Assembly (NCBI GenBank): GCA_035307765.1
Contig: DATGHU010000041.1
Span: 22,089 to 86,088 of the forward strand
Direction: 5' to 3'
Source of the DNA: a bacterium
Lineage (GTDB): Bacteria > Sysuimicrobiota > Sysuimicrobiia > Sysuimicrobiales > Segetimicrobiaceae
Length of the DNA stretch: 64,000 nucleotides
Shown here: in pieces, positions 1 through 9,543 of the stretch
Layout of the letters: each line of letters begins with the position of its first letter
Numbering within the stretch: the stretch's first letter is position 1
The notes under the pieces: generated by a model
Database searches by the model: none
What the model saw: the letters and a program-made list of their open reading frames with translations, nothing else
Told to the model about the DNA's origin: nothing
Position numbers and translations under genes: made by a program

Positions 1-1
1 C

Positions 2-181
2 CGCCTCGCGGAGAGCGCTGGATCGATCGAGGTCGGCAAACGCGCGGACGTGATCGCCGTTGAGGGCGACCCCCTCTCGGACATCCGCGCCGTACAGCGC
101 GTCCGGTTCGTCATGAAGCAGGGGACGGTGCATCGGCATGATGCGTCGGAAGGAGAGGGCGGGCCATGGACTTCCGTCTGA
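2..181 (+). CDS. metal-dependent amidohydrolase, C-terminal fragment (5' end outside window)
   Basis: Frame is open from the window edge to TGA 179-181. It reads ...GSIEVGKRADVIAVEGDPLSDIRAVQRVRFVMKQG..., the usual C-terminal tail of amidohydrolase-family enzymes. Overlaps the next start by 16 nt. Confidence 0.6.
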   Translation, partial: RLAESAGSIEVGKRADVIAVEGDPLSDIRAVQRVRFVMKQGTVHRHDASEGEGGPWTSV

Positions 182-1374
182 CCGAAGAGGACCGCGCACT
201 TGTCGAACGTGCCCGCGGGCTCGGGGGCGAGTTTGCCACACGGGCGCGCGAATACGATGAAGCCGCGGCGTTCCCGGAGAAGGACTTCGATCAACTGCGC
301 GCAGGGGGCCTGCTCGCGCTGACGGTGCCGACCGCGCTGGGCGGCCACGGGTTCTGGCAGGGCACGCGGTTTCTGCCGTTTTACTTGGTGCTCGAGGCCA
401 TCGCCTCCGGGGCGGCATCGACCGCCCAATTGCTCCAGGTTCACTCCCATGCCAGCGGGATCGTCGCCTACCTGGGGAATGAGAAGCAGCGCCGCCGGAT
501 CCTGGGCGACGTCGCCGCGCGAGGTGCCCTCATCGCCTCCTGCGGGAGCGAGACCGATCCCGCCCGGATCAGCTCGAGCACGGTCGAATCGGTCCTGCGT
601 CCCGCGGACGGCGGCTTCCGTCTTTCCGGGGTGAAGCATTTTGGCTCACTGGCCCCCGCCGCGGACTACTATCTGATCTATGTGCTGGCGCCGGGCACCC
701 GCACCGTGGCCGAGGGGTATACGACCGTGATCGTGCCCAAGGGGACACCCGGCGTGTCTCTGGAAGATACGTGGGACACCATGGGCATGCGGGCGACGAT
801 CAGCTGGAGCCTACGCCTCAACGACGTCTTCGTCCCTGTCGAGAACGTGATCGGCGAGCCGGGCGACTGGGTGCAGCGGGACCCGCGCACGTTCACCCTC
901 GGATACGTAGCCAACCACCTCGGCACGGCGCAGGGGGTGTTCGACTTCGTCCGGCGGTATGTCCAGGAGCGCCCCTTCCTGGCGAAAGACGATGTGACGG
1001 CCTGCACCCTTGGCGAAATGGACGCCGCGCTCCAGGCCACCCGCACGTCGATGTGGTACGCCGCCTGGCTGTGGGAGCAGGGCCGGTACGACGACGCCGA
1101 ACTGGCCTCGATGCGCGCCCTGCACACCTCAAAGCAGGCGGCGATCATGATCACGACCAAGGCGTTCGACGTCTGCGGCGCGCGCAGCGCTTTCAAGACG
1201 CTCCCGCTCGAACGCGCGCTCCGGGACGTGCGCACGTTCACCCTCCACTTCCGCGAATCCCAGGTCTTGCGCATGCTGGCCGACGCCGATCTCGGCGGCG
1301 CGTTTCACTCGAAGCAGAAGTACGGCCCGAAGCTTCCGCCCGAGGCTCTGAAATCTCTTCGCGTATCGACGTAG
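166..1374 (+). CDS. acyl-CoA dehydrogenase family flavoprotein (type-2 ACAD / DszC-like fold)
   Basis: 402-aa ORF with ATG preceded by GGAGAGGG. The N-terminal LTEEDRALVERAR...FPEKDFDQLRAGGLLALTVPTALGGHG and central GMRATISWSLRLNDVFVP resemble ACAD N and middle domains. Third codon positions are G/C-rich. Confidence 0.85.
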   Translation: MDFRLTEEDRALVERARGLGGEFATRAREYDEAAAFPEKDFDQLRAGGLLALTVPTALGGHGFWQGTRFLPFYLVLEAIASGAASTAQLLQVHSHASGIVAYLGNEKQRRRILGDVAARGALIASCGSETDPARISSSTVESVLRPADGGFRLSGVKHFGSLAPAADYYLIYVLAPGTRTVAEGYTTVIVPKGTPGVSLEDTWDTMGMRATISWSLRLNDVFVPVENVIGEPGDWVQRDPRTFTLGYVANHLGTAQGVFDFVRRYVQERPFLAKDDVTACTLGEMDAALQATRTSMWYAAWLWEQGRYDDAELASMRALHTSKQAAIMITTKAFDVCGARSAFKTLPLERALRDVRTFTLHFRESQVLRMLADADLGGAFHSKQKYGPKLPPEALKSLRVST

Positions 1375-1396
1375 CGCAGGCCGGGCAGGGACAGCC

Positions 1397-2563
1397 GTGG
1401 GGATGACGGAGCGGATTTACCGAGTTCTCGCCACGCGCCAGCGGTCCATGGTTGAGGAACTCGGAGCGTACGTGTCCGCCGAGAGCGGCTCGCGGGACAA
1501 GCCGGGGGTCGATCGCGCGGGGCGACTTGCCGCAGACGCTCTGGCCGCGACCGGATTCGCCGTCGAAACCGTGCCTCAGCCGTCGTGCGGCGACCACCTG
1601 GTTGCGCGCAGGGCGGGCGGCGGGCGCGGCCGCCTGCTCGCCCTGCTCCACCTGGACACGGTCTGGCCGCGGGGGACGCTGGCGAACAACCCGTTTCGGG
1701 TCGAGGGCGGACGGGCGTACGGCCCCGGGGTCTTGGACATGAAGGGCGGGTGGGTGGTGCTCTTCTCGGCGCTGCGCGCTCTGGGGGAGATGGAGTGGGA
1801 CGGGCTCGCGGCGACCACGGTGTTCCTCTGTGGCGACGAGGAACTGGGGAGCCCGACAGGCCGGGCGTGGATCGAGCGCGAGGCGCGGCGTGCCGACTGG
1901 ACCTTGGTCATGGAGCCTGCCCGGGAGAATGGCGCCCTGGTCGTGCAACGCGGCATGGTCGGGGCCCTGTCGCTGGAGGTGAGCGGTATCACCGCGCACA
2001 CCACCGCGCCGGAGCGCGGGGCGAGCGCCGTCCACGCGCTCGCCCACAAGATCCTGGAACTGGAGGACCTGACCGACCCCGTGCGCGGAACGCTGGTCAC
2101 CGTCGGCGTCGCCGCTGGGGGCAGCGCCCGACAGGTGATCCCGGACCGGGCGACCGCCAGCGTCGATGTGCGCGCCCGCACCGCGGGTGACGCCGAGGAA
2201 CTTCTGCGACGCATCCAGATCATCGCCGGCGCCCCCCACGTCTCGGGGACGTCCGCACAACTCGCAGGGGGGATTACGCGGCCTGCGTTTGAACGCACCC
2301 CGGGGGGAGAACGGCTGCTCCAACTGGCGCAGGCCTGCGGCCGGGAGATCGGTCTCGCCCTGGACGGAGCGGCTACCCAGGCGGGGTCCGACGGCAATTT
2401 TACCGGCGCGCTGGGGATCCCGACGCTTGACGGTCTCGGCGCAGAAGGCGGGCACGCTTGCAGCCGGAATGAGTTCGTACTCGTCGAGTCGTTACCACGG
2501 CGGGCGGCGCTGCTCGCGGGGTTGATCGCGAAGCTTCCCCCCTCGGATACCGCGAGGGGGTAA
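1397..2563 (+). CDS. M20 family metallopeptidase (carboxypeptidase G2-like)
   Basis: Motifs HLDTVWP, GPGVLDMKGG, GDEELGSP, GITAHT and GSDGNF fit the M20 zinc-site and dimerisation-domain pattern. Start is GTG 1397 or ATG 1403. Confidence 0.85.
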   Translation: MGMTERIYRVLATRQRSMVEELGAYVSAESGSRDKPGVDRAGRLAADALAATGFAVETVPQPSCGDHLVARRAGGGRGRLLALLHLDTVWPRGTLANNPFRVEGGRAYGPGVLDMKGGWVVLFSALRALGEMEWDGLAATTVFLCGDEELGSPTGRAWIEREARRADWTLVMEPARENGALVVQRGMVGALSLEVSGITAHTTAPERGASAVHALAHKILELEDLTDPVRGTLVTVGVAAGGSARQVIPDRATASVDVRARTAGDAEELLRRIQIIAGAPHVSGTSAQLAGGITRPAFERTPGGERLLQLAQACGREIGLALDGAATQAGSDGNFTGALGIPTLDGLGAEGGHACSRNEFVLVESLPRRAALLAGLIAKLPPSDTARG

Positions 2564-2923
2564 TGGAGGATGGCCCGGGCTCGCTAAGGCGGACCGCACG
2601 CCGGACCAGCGCTTTCGCGGCGTCGAGAACCCGCGCGAGCCCACCGCTGGATCAGAAGCTTTAGTTCGACCATAGACGAACAGCCCTCAGGGATGCGGCG
2701 CTCGCGCCCGTGTCGAATCGGCGTTGCGCGCATCGACCGCGGCCTCCCAATCGTGCATCCTGGCGTCAAAAGAAAAAATCTTTGACATCCCAACAAACAG
2801 GGGATCGTAGGGGATGGCAGTGGTCCTCGCGAAGAGTCCCGCACACCGCACCGAGTTTCGTCGGTACTTGAGGCGCCAGATGGCATTGCCTGTGCGGTCA
2901 CTCCAGGATTAGGAGGGCCCGCG

Positions 2924-4108
2924 ATGGGTTCCCGCTATGAGCTTTTTGATCAACCCCGTCCGTTCCGCACACCGAGTCGTATTTGGTTCGGGACCGGCGC
3001 CGCGACCCAGATCGGGGACTGTGTCAGGGAGCTCGCGATCGCGGTGGGTCCCGTCTTGCTGATGACGGACCCTGTTGGAGATCGCCTCGGGTTGGCGCGG
3101 GAGATCGTCTCGGGGCTCGAGAAGGCAGGGTTCCGGATCGAGCGCTACTCGAATATCCCCGGCGAGCCGAGTGCAGAGACCGCCGACAGCGCCGTCGCGG
3201 TGGCCCGGCACTTATCCCCGGTCCTGGTGGTTGGCGTCGGCGGCGGCAGCGTGATGGACGTCGCAAAGCTCAGTGCTGCGCTTGTCCGCAACGCCGGAAG
3301 CGTGTTCGACTATACGCATTTCGTCGGGCAGCGGTTTGCGAACCCCGGCGTTCCGACAATCCTCGTGCCCACCACCGCGGGGACCGGAGCAGAGGCCAGC
3401 CAGAACGCGGTGGTCACGAAAGGGCCCCTCAAAGCATTTGCCAACAATCACCCGCAGCTCCTCGCGGCAGGGGTGATCTTGGACCCCACGCTCACCCACT
3501 CGCTACCCCCCAAGGTCACCGCCGACACCGGCCTAGACGCGCTGAGCCATTGCATCGAAGGCATGCTGTCCACGAACGCGACAGGGTTGACGGATCTTAT
3601 GGCAACGCAAGGCATTGAGCTGATCTTCCGTGCGCTGCCCCGCGCCTATGCCGACGGAAACGACGCAGCGGCCCGCGCCGATATGTTGCTTGCCGCGTAC
3701 ATGGGGGGCCTGACGCTCAACGCCGGCATGGTCGTTGGCCACTCGATCGCCTATACGATAGCGAACCGGCTTCACACCCCACATGGGTTCTCTTGCGCGC
3801 TGGCGCTTCCGTACACCATGGCATATAACCGTCAGGCCGCAGGCGAGCGTCTACGGCTGGTCGCAACGGCCGCTGGCGTGGGAGAGAAGCACGTGGTTGC
3901 CTCGGTGGGGGGGCTCTGCCAGGACGTCGGCATTCCGGAATCGCTTCGCGCGCTTGGGCTGGAGCGTGAGCGCCTGCCGGAACTCGTTGAGGAATGCCTC
4001 AAGCAGTACCCGCGGCCCAACAACCCGCGTCCACTTGACCCGGAAAGCCTTGTGTCGCTGTATACCGCGATGTGGGAAGGGCGCCCGGCTCACCTCTGGC
4101 AGTCCTGA
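2924..4108 (+). CDS. iron-containing (group III) alcohol dehydrogenase
   Basis: AGGAGGG SD lies before ATG 2924. Motifs: GGGSVMDVAK nucleotide loop, TGLDALSHCIE, and HSIAYTIANRLHTPHG metal-binding histidines. Confidence 0.9.
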   Translation: MGSRYELFDQPRPFRTPSRIWFGTGAATQIGDCVRELAIAVGPVLLMTDPVGDRLGLAREIVSGLEKAGFRIERYSNIPGEPSAETADSAVAVARHLSPVLVVGVGGGSVMDVAKLSAALVRNAGSVFDYTHFVGQRFANPGVPTILVPTTAGTGAEASQNAVVTKGPLKAFANNHPQLLAAGVILDPTLTHSLPPKVTADTGLDALSHCIEGMLSTNATGLTDLMATQGIELIFRALPRAYADGNDAAARADMLLAAYMGGLTLNAGMVVGHSIAYTIANRLHTPHGFSCALALPYTMAYNRQAAGERLRLVATAAGVGEKHVVASVGGLCQDVGIPESLRALGLERERLPELVEECLKQYPRPNNPRPLDPESLVSLYTAMWEGRPAHLWQS

Positions 4109-4176
4109 TCCTGAAGGATTGCCGGGACGTCCATCGAAACGTTTCGGTGAAACGTTCCGCTCGGGGGCCCTCGGCG

Positions 4177-4509
4177 ATGGCCACCATGCAGGATGTTGCG
4201 CGGCGGGCACATGTTTCCGTGTCGACAGTTTCTGCCGTCGTCAGCAACCACCCTGGAATCTCCGGGGAGTTGCGCCGGGCTGGTGCCGGGGTTATCCAGA
4301 ATCTTGGGTGCCGGCGGAACGGGCTCGCCCGCACTCCGAGAACTTGTCGTACCCAGACCGTCGGCCTGTTCGTGTCGGATATCAGCAATCCATTCTTTCC
4401 CGATGTCGCCTGGGGCGTCGAAGACGAAGCGAACCACCGCGGGTTTTGCGTTATCCTCTGCAACTGTTTAGCGCAGTATGATCCAAAGGAGGTATTCCTA
4501 TGCGGATGA
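4177..4509 (+). pseudogene. LacI-family transcriptional regulator, N-terminal stub only (HTH plus first ~50 aa of the sugar-binding domain)
   Basis: MATMQDVARRAHVSVSTVSAVVSN is a LacI HTH, followed by RTQTVGLFVSDISNPFFPDVAWGVEDEANHRGFCVILCN. Similarity stops after ILCN (~4464) and the frame ends at 4509, about 110 codons where LacI proteins have about 340. Confidence 0.75.
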
Positions 4510-4988
4510 TGAGGGGTAGGATCGTGGGCGCTGTGCTGTTTGCGTTGATGATATCTGTCGGGGTGGCGTCTGCTCAATACAATTATACACCGAGTCCGCA
4601 GCCGACGCAGCCACCCAGCCAATCCTCCACCCTCAACGTAGCCACCGTCATGATTGAGGGGAAGTCGCAGCCGATTCTTGTGGACACAAAAGGCATGAGC
4701 CTCTACTACCTGAGCTCAGATACCGCGACATCGAGTGCATGTACGGGAGGCTGTGCCGGCGCGTGGCCGCCATTGTTGGCCGTCGTGGCTCCAAAAGCCC
4801 CAGCCTCGGCGACGGGGAAGATTGCCATCGCCAAGACCGCCAACGGGTCCCAGGTAAGTTACAATGGGCACTTCCTCTATAGGTTTGGGGTTGATTCAAA
4901 GCCCGGCGAAGTTCAAGGGGAGGGCCGGCATGGACCACAGAACGGCGTGTGGCATGTCGCGACCCCCGATCTGAAGCCGACCACATAG
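4500..4988 (+). CDS. secreted/lipoprotein with Yx(FWY)xxD repeats (COG4315-like)
   Basis: AAGGAGG lies 7 nt before ATG 4500. Signal peptide MRMMRGRIVGAVLFALMISVGVASA. Two repeat units: MSLYYLSSD...CTGGCAGAWPP and HFLYRFGVDSKPGEVQGEG. Visibly less GC-rich than neighbours (hand count of 4681-4740 gives 31/60 G+C). Confidence 0.75.
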   Translation: MRMMRGRIVGAVLFALMISVGVASAQYNYTPSPQPTQPPSQSSTLNVATVMIEGKSQPILVDTKGMSLYYLSSDTATSSACTGGCAGAWPPLLAVVAPKAPASATGKIAIAKTANGSQVSYNGHFLYRFGVDSKPGEVQGEGRHGPQNGVWHVATPDLKPTT

Positions 4989-5420
4989 GCCTACTACGGA
5001 AGGAGAAGACCGAGTTACGGTCACCACGGTCCGGGACCTTAGGCTCCTGAGTTAGGTCCCAAGAGCCTGGGGGGGGACTCATGCCCCCAAGCCAGTTTAC
5101 GTACACGACTTCTCCGCGTCGTTGACTCGATATCCCCGCCATCCCGCCAGGGGCGACGAGGGGAGACAGTGGGCCGCTCCAGTATCCGCTCCAACGCTGT
5201 GCGATGAATTCGAACCCTCCCCGCCGATTGCCGAATTCGCCATGAGCCCCGCCTCTTGGATCTGACCCGGAACCTGAGACCGCATACCTGACCGCTATGT
5301 TGACTGGTGGCTGCTTGTTGCGAGACGGGGGGCCGAGAAGAAGGGGACCCCAGATCCGGATGCAGAGGACCGGCAGGGGTGGGGAAGATGGTGCCCTGAC
5401 GATGAACTCTTCCGGCAGCG

Positions 5421-6440
5421 ATGGACCCCAGCGAACGGGTGCTCTTGGGTAGGACACGGCTGACGGTGACGCGGCTGGGCCTTGGCACCGCGCCACTCGG
5501 CGGCTTGTTCGAGGCGGTGGCGGACCGTCGGGCCCACGCCACCGTCGAGCGCGCCTATGAGACGGGACTGCGGTTCTTCGATACAGCGCCGCTCTACGGA
5601 TACGGCCTCGCCGAGCAACGGATCGGACACGTCCTCCGCGGCAAGCCCCGCGGTGAGTACGTGCTCTCGACGAAGGTCGGGCGTCTGCTGCGCGCCGGCG
5701 CGCCGCCCGATCTCACCCAGTTCGATCGCGGCAAGCCGTTCTACCAAGGTACGCCCGACGTGAGCCCGATATTTGACTTCAGTTACGACGGCGTCATGCG
5801 ATCAATCGAGGAGAGCCTGACGCGACTGGAGCTTGACCGGGTGGATATCCTCCACATCCACGATCCTGACGCCCACTACCCCGAGGCGTGCGGGGGTGCG
5901 TACCGTGCGCTGGACCACCTCCGCCGGGAGGGGACGATCGCCGCCGTTGGCGCGGGCATGAACCAGGCGGAGCTGCTGGAGCGGTTTGTGCGAGAGGTCG
6001 ATCTGGACTGCGTCCTGGTGGCCGGGCGCTACACGCTGCTCGATCAGGCCGCGCTGGGGGGGTTGCTGCCCGCGTGTAGAGCCCGGCAGGTCGCTGTGAT
6101 CGTCGGAGGTGTGTACAATAGCGGGATCCTGGCGGACCCGCGGATGGGCGCCACATTTGACTACGTGCCGGCGCCGCCCGGGTTGGTGGCAAAGGCGCAG
6201 CACATCCACGCGATCTGCCAGCGGCATGGCGTTCCGTTGAAGGCCGCGGCCCTCCAGTTTCCCTTTGGGCACCCGGCGGTTTCTGCCGTCCTGATCGGGT
6301 GCCGCTCGTCCGCGGAGGTGGACGAGAACATCCAGTGCTTGCGGTACCCGATCCCCGCGGCGCTCTGGGAGAACCTTCGGCGGGAGCGGCTTCTTCCCGC
6401 GGATGCTCCCCTACCGGGAGAGGGGGGAGACGGTGCGTAG
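5421..6440 (+). CDS. aldo/keto reductase (aldose 1-dehydrogenase-like)
   Basis: LGLGTAPLGG...VERAYETGLRFFDTAPLYGYGLAEQRIG is a typical AKR N-terminus. 339 aa. Confidence 0.9.
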   Translation: MDPSERVLLGRTRLTVTRLGLGTAPLGGLFEAVADRRAHATVERAYETGLRFFDTAPLYGYGLAEQRIGHVLRGKPRGEYVLSTKVGRLLRAGAPPDLTQFDRGKPFYQGTPDVSPIFDFSYDGVMRSIEESLTRLELDRVDILHIHDPDAHYPEACGGAYRALDHLRREGTIAAVGAGMNQAELLERFVREVDLDCVLVAGRYTLLDQAALGGLLPACRARQVAVIVGGVYNSGILADPRMGATFDYVPAPPGLVAKAQHIHAICQRHGVPLKAAALQFPFGHPAVSAVLIGCRSSAEVDENIQCLRYPIPAALWENLRRERLLPADAPLPGEGGDGA

Positions 6441-7287
6441 GGAACCGGTGGTTGATGCGCACCAGCACTTCTGGGATCCGGCGGTCGTAACCTACCCGTG
6501 GCTGACCGCCGAATACGCGGCCGTTCGGCGCCGGTTTGGGCCCGAGGACCTGGCCCCGCAGTTGGCACAGCACGGCGTCGATCGCACCGTGCTGGTTCAA
6601 ACGTTGTCGAGCCTAGCGGAAACACGCGAGCTCCTGCGCGTGGCGGCTCGGGCCGGGTTCGTCGCCGGTGTGGTCGGGTGGGTTGACCTCGCCGACCCCG
6701 GCGTGGAGAGCGTTCTCCGCGAGGTGCGGGCGGCGCCCGAAGGCCGGTGGCTTGTGGGGATCAGGCATCAGGCCCACGACGAGCCGGATCCGGGGTGGCT
6801 CGTGCGCGAGGACGTACGGCGAGGACTCCGAGCGCTCGGGGATGCGGGACTGGCGTTTGACTTCCTCGTCCGCACCCGTGAGCTTCCGGCGGCGTGGCGT
6901 GTGGCGCACGAACTTCCCGAGATGCGGTTCGTCATTGACCACATCGCCAAGCCCCCGATCCGCACCGGGGACCACCACTCCTGGGCGGAGGCGATGGCGC
7001 CGTTCAGCGATCTGCGGAACGTCTCCTGCAAGCTCTCCGGGATGATCACCGAGGCCGACTGGCACGCGTGGCGACCGGACGATTTGATACCCTACGTGCG
7101 CCGGGTGGTGGGCTGGTTCGGAGAAGACCGGTTGATGTTCGGCTCCGACTGGCCGGTCTGTCTGGTGGCCGGGTCGTATGGCCAGGTGCTCGATACCGCT
7201 GCCGCAACGCTAGCGGATCTCTCTGCGAAGGCGCGTAGTAAGATCTTCGGCCGGAACGCGATGGAGTTCTACCGGCTGCGTTGTTGA
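6433..7287 (+). CDS. amidohydrolase_2 family hydrolase (sugar lactonase-like, e.g. fuconolactonase type)
   Basis: VVDAHQHFWDP...YPWL is the N-terminal metal motif. GTG 6433 is preceded by GGAGAGGGGGGAG and overlaps the AKR stop (GTGCGTAG); ATG 6403 is an alternative start. C-terminal FGSDWPV motif is present. Confidence 0.85.
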   Translation: MRREPVVDAHQHFWDPAVVTYPWLTAEYAAVRRRFGPEDLAPQLAQHGVDRTVLVQTLSSLAETRELLRVAARAGFVAGVVGWVDLADPGVESVLREVRAAPEGRWLVGIRHQAHDEPDPGWLVREDVRRGLRALGDAGLAFDFLVRTRELPAAWRVAHELPEMRFVIDHIAKPPIRTGDHHSWAEAMAPFSDLRNVSCKLSGMITEADWHAWRPDDLIPYVRRVVGWFGEDRLMFGSDWPVCLVAGSYGQVLDTAAATLADLSAKARSKIFGRNAMEFYRLRC

Positions 7288-7369
7288 GTGGTTCGAGGAC
7301 TCCGGCGCCGTGCTACCGAAAGCACGGGGAAGGGAAACCGAGGGCGGCGGTGATACGGCTGATTCCAAA

Positions 7370-8404
7370 ATGGCGGATCCGGGCATGACGGTCGGTGACA
7401 CGCATCCCGCGGCCGTGGGCCCGATCCTCGCTCCGTCCGGGCGTGGGTGGGGTGCCCGGATGCTGGGATCCTACGAGGTCGCGATCTACGCCGCCTTGGC
7501 GCTCGTGATCGTCGCCGTTTCCCTTATCGCGCCCCGGTTCCTCTCGTCCGATAACCTGTTTGAGGTGGCGCGCAACTTCTCGTTCATCGCCGCGGTCGGC
7601 GTGGGCGAAGCGATCGTCATTCTGGCGGGCGGTGGCGGCATCGACCTTTCCGTGGGATCTCTGATGGGCCTCGGCGGCGTGGTCGCCACCAAACTCCTCG
7701 GCCTCGGCGCAGGGCTCCTCCCCGCGGTCGCCATCGGGGTCGGTGCCGGGTGGGCCTGCGGTACCGCGAACGGCCTGCTGGTGACGAGGGCGCGAATGAC
7801 CCCGCTCATTCCCACGCTCGGCATGCTGTCGATTGCCCACGGCCTCTCGCTCGTCATCACCCAGGGATATCCCCTTTCGGCGCTCGGTCGAGACGGCGCG
7901 ACGTTTGTCGGCCTGGGCGCCGGGTATCTCGGCCCGGTGCCCTACCCGGTCGTCTTCATGATTCTGGTGGTGTTCGTCGGGTGGATCGTTCTGACCCACA
8001 CCCCGTTTGGTTACAATGTATATGCGGCCGGCGGCAACGACGAGGCCAGCCGTTTGAGCGGAATCAACGTGGAGCGCGTCCGCCTCGTCGCCTACATGAC
8101 CAGTGGCTCGCTGGCCGCTCTGACCGGTATCCTGCTCGCGGCGCGGCTCTCCGTCGGCGACGCGACCACCGGGCAGGGCGAGGAACTCAACGTCATCGCG
8201 GCGGCGGTGATCGGCGGCATTAGTCTGCTGGGCGGCCAGGGCTCCGTCCTCGGCCTGTTCGCGGGCGCCGCCCTCATCGGCGTGCTCCTAAACGCGATGG
8301 TTCTGATGGGCGTCCCCGCCTTTTGGCAGGAGGTGGTGATCGGCAGCACGATCATCGTGGCGGTGTTGCTGGACCGCGTGCGGCTGCGCTTCGCCCGCGA
8401 CTGA
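7370..8404 (+). CDS. sugar ABC transporter permease (ribose/fructose RbsC/FrcC type)
   Basis: Multi-TM protein with SSDNLFEVARNFSFIAAVGVGEAIVILAGGGGIDLSVGS, typical of the BPD_transp_2 family. Start is uncertain (GTG 7310, ATG 7370 or ATG ~7460). Confidence 0.85.
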   Translation: MADPGMTVGDTHPAAVGPILAPSGRGWGARMLGSYEVAIYAALALVIVAVSLIAPRFLSSDNLFEVARNFSFIAAVGVGEAIVILAGGGGIDLSVGSLMGLGGVVATKLLGLGAGLLPAVAIGVGAGWACGTANGLLVTRARMTPLIPTLGMLSIAHGLSLVITQGYPLSALGRDGATFVGLGAGYLGPVPYPVVFMILVVFVGWIVLTHTPFGYNVYAAGGNDEASRLSGINVERVRLVAYMTSGSLAALTGILLAARLSVGDATTGQGEELNVIAAAVIGGISLLGGQGSVLGLFAGAALIGVLLNAMVLMGVPAFWQEVVIGSTIIVAVLLDRVRLRFARD

Positions 8405-8489
8405 CCAGGCGGCCCTTCGGCCGGGGGCGCCGGCGCCGCGGTGCGAATCGCGGGCGCAGCCCGGAAGGAACCGACAAAGGGGGTGAGGT

Positions 8490-9470
8490 ATGGTGATGCG
8501 CGTGTGGCGTACCATTTCGGTATTGGTCCTAGCGGCGGGGCTCGTGGTCATCCCACCGGGAGCTCCGTCCGCGCACGGGGCTAAAGCGCTGATCTTCGCG
8601 ATCGTGCCCAAGGCGATCAACAACCCGTTCTACAACGACGTGCGGCGCGGGTGTGAGGCCGAAGCGAAGAAGCTGGGGGTAACGTGTGATTTTACGGGGC
8701 CGACCGTGACGGAGATCCAGCCGCAGATCCAAGTGCTGGAAGGGTTGATCCAGCGTCACGTTGATGGGATGGCGGTTGCGCCTGTCGACGGCAAGGCCGC
8801 CGTGCCGGTGATCAAGCAGGCAATCGCCGCGGGTATCGCGGTCGTCACGTTCGATTCCGATGCGGCGTCGGGCTCGGGCCGGCTCGCGTTCATCGGGACC
8901 GACAACTACGCCGGCGGCGTCGCCCTCGGCAAGCAGTTTGCCATGGCGTTGCCAAGCGGCGGCAAGTACGCGATCATCACGGGCGGGCTGGGGGCCGAAA
9001 ACCTCAACGAGCGGATCAAAGGGGTCCATGACGGCCTGAAACAAGCGGGGGTGGCGGACAAGTTCACCGAGGTATCCGGCTCGCCGTTCCCGTGCAACGA
9101 CGATGTCAACCGGGCCGTCCAGCTCATCGAACAGGCCCTCGCCGCGCATCCCGATCTCAGCGGGGTTGTCGCCGTGGGCGGGTGGCCGCTGTTCGCGCCG
9201 GAGGCGTACAAGCAGGCGCTGAAGCCCAAGGCCGCCGCAATGAAAGCCGGCAAGTTTGCGGTGGTGTCGTTTGATACCCTCCGGGCCGAACTCGAGATCC
9301 TCAAGGCTGGGTACGTGAGCGCCTTAGTCGGCCAGCGGCCGTATCAGATGGGCGTTGACAGCATCGATGCGCTCTACGCGTACGTGACCAAAAAGACCAA
9401 ACCCGCGGACCCGTCCCACACGGGCCTCGATGTCGTGACGAAAGCAAACGTCGACAGCTTCTTGAAGTAA
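8490..9470 (+). CDS. sugar ABC transporter periplasmic substrate-binding protein (RbsB/FrcB type)
   Basis: Signal peptide is followed by IFAIVPKAINNPFYNDVRRGCEAEAKKLGV and GTDNYAGG, the periplasmic-binding-protein type I pattern. SD GGGGGTGAGG lies before ATG 8490. Confidence 0.85.
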   Translation: MVMRVWRTISVLVLAAGLVVIPPGAPSAHGAKALIFAIVPKAINNPFYNDVRRGCEAEAKKLGVTCDFTGPTVTEIQPQIQVLEGLIQRHVDGMAVAPVDGKAAVPVIKQAIAAGIAVVTFDSDAASGSGRLAFIGTDNYAGGVALGKQFAMALPSGGKYAIITGGLGAENLNERIKGVHDGLKQAGVADKFTEVSGSPFPCNDDVNRAVQLIEQALAAHPDLSGVVAVGGWPLFAPEAYKQALKPKAAAMKAGKFAVVSFDTLRAELEILKAGYVSALVGQRPYQMGVDSIDALYAYVTKKTKPADPSHTGLDVVTKANVDSFLK

Positions 9471-9543
9471 CCTTCGGTCGGTCGGAACGCAGGGCTGGGG
9501 TGGCGGGGTGCGCCGCCCCCGGCCCACGGGAGGACGCCACAGG

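Noticed and set aside
2782-2787. TTGACA hexamer preceded by an A-tract (CAAAAGAAAAAATC) in the 360-nt gap upstream of the alcohol dehydrogenase gene.
   Set aside because: No acceptable -10 lies at 16-19 nt; the best candidate, TCGTAG, matches 2/6. It is not supportable as a promoter from sequence alone.
5273-5291. CTGAGA ... ACCTGA pair reminiscent of the TPP (THI-box) riboswitch core, inside the ORF-free stretch 4989-5420.
   Set aside because: Only 7 nt separate the two elements. There is no GGGGUGC-type P2 strand upstream and no GGAUAAUGCCAGCGUAGGGA-like 3' half. The downstream gene is an aldo/keto reductase, not a thiamine gene.
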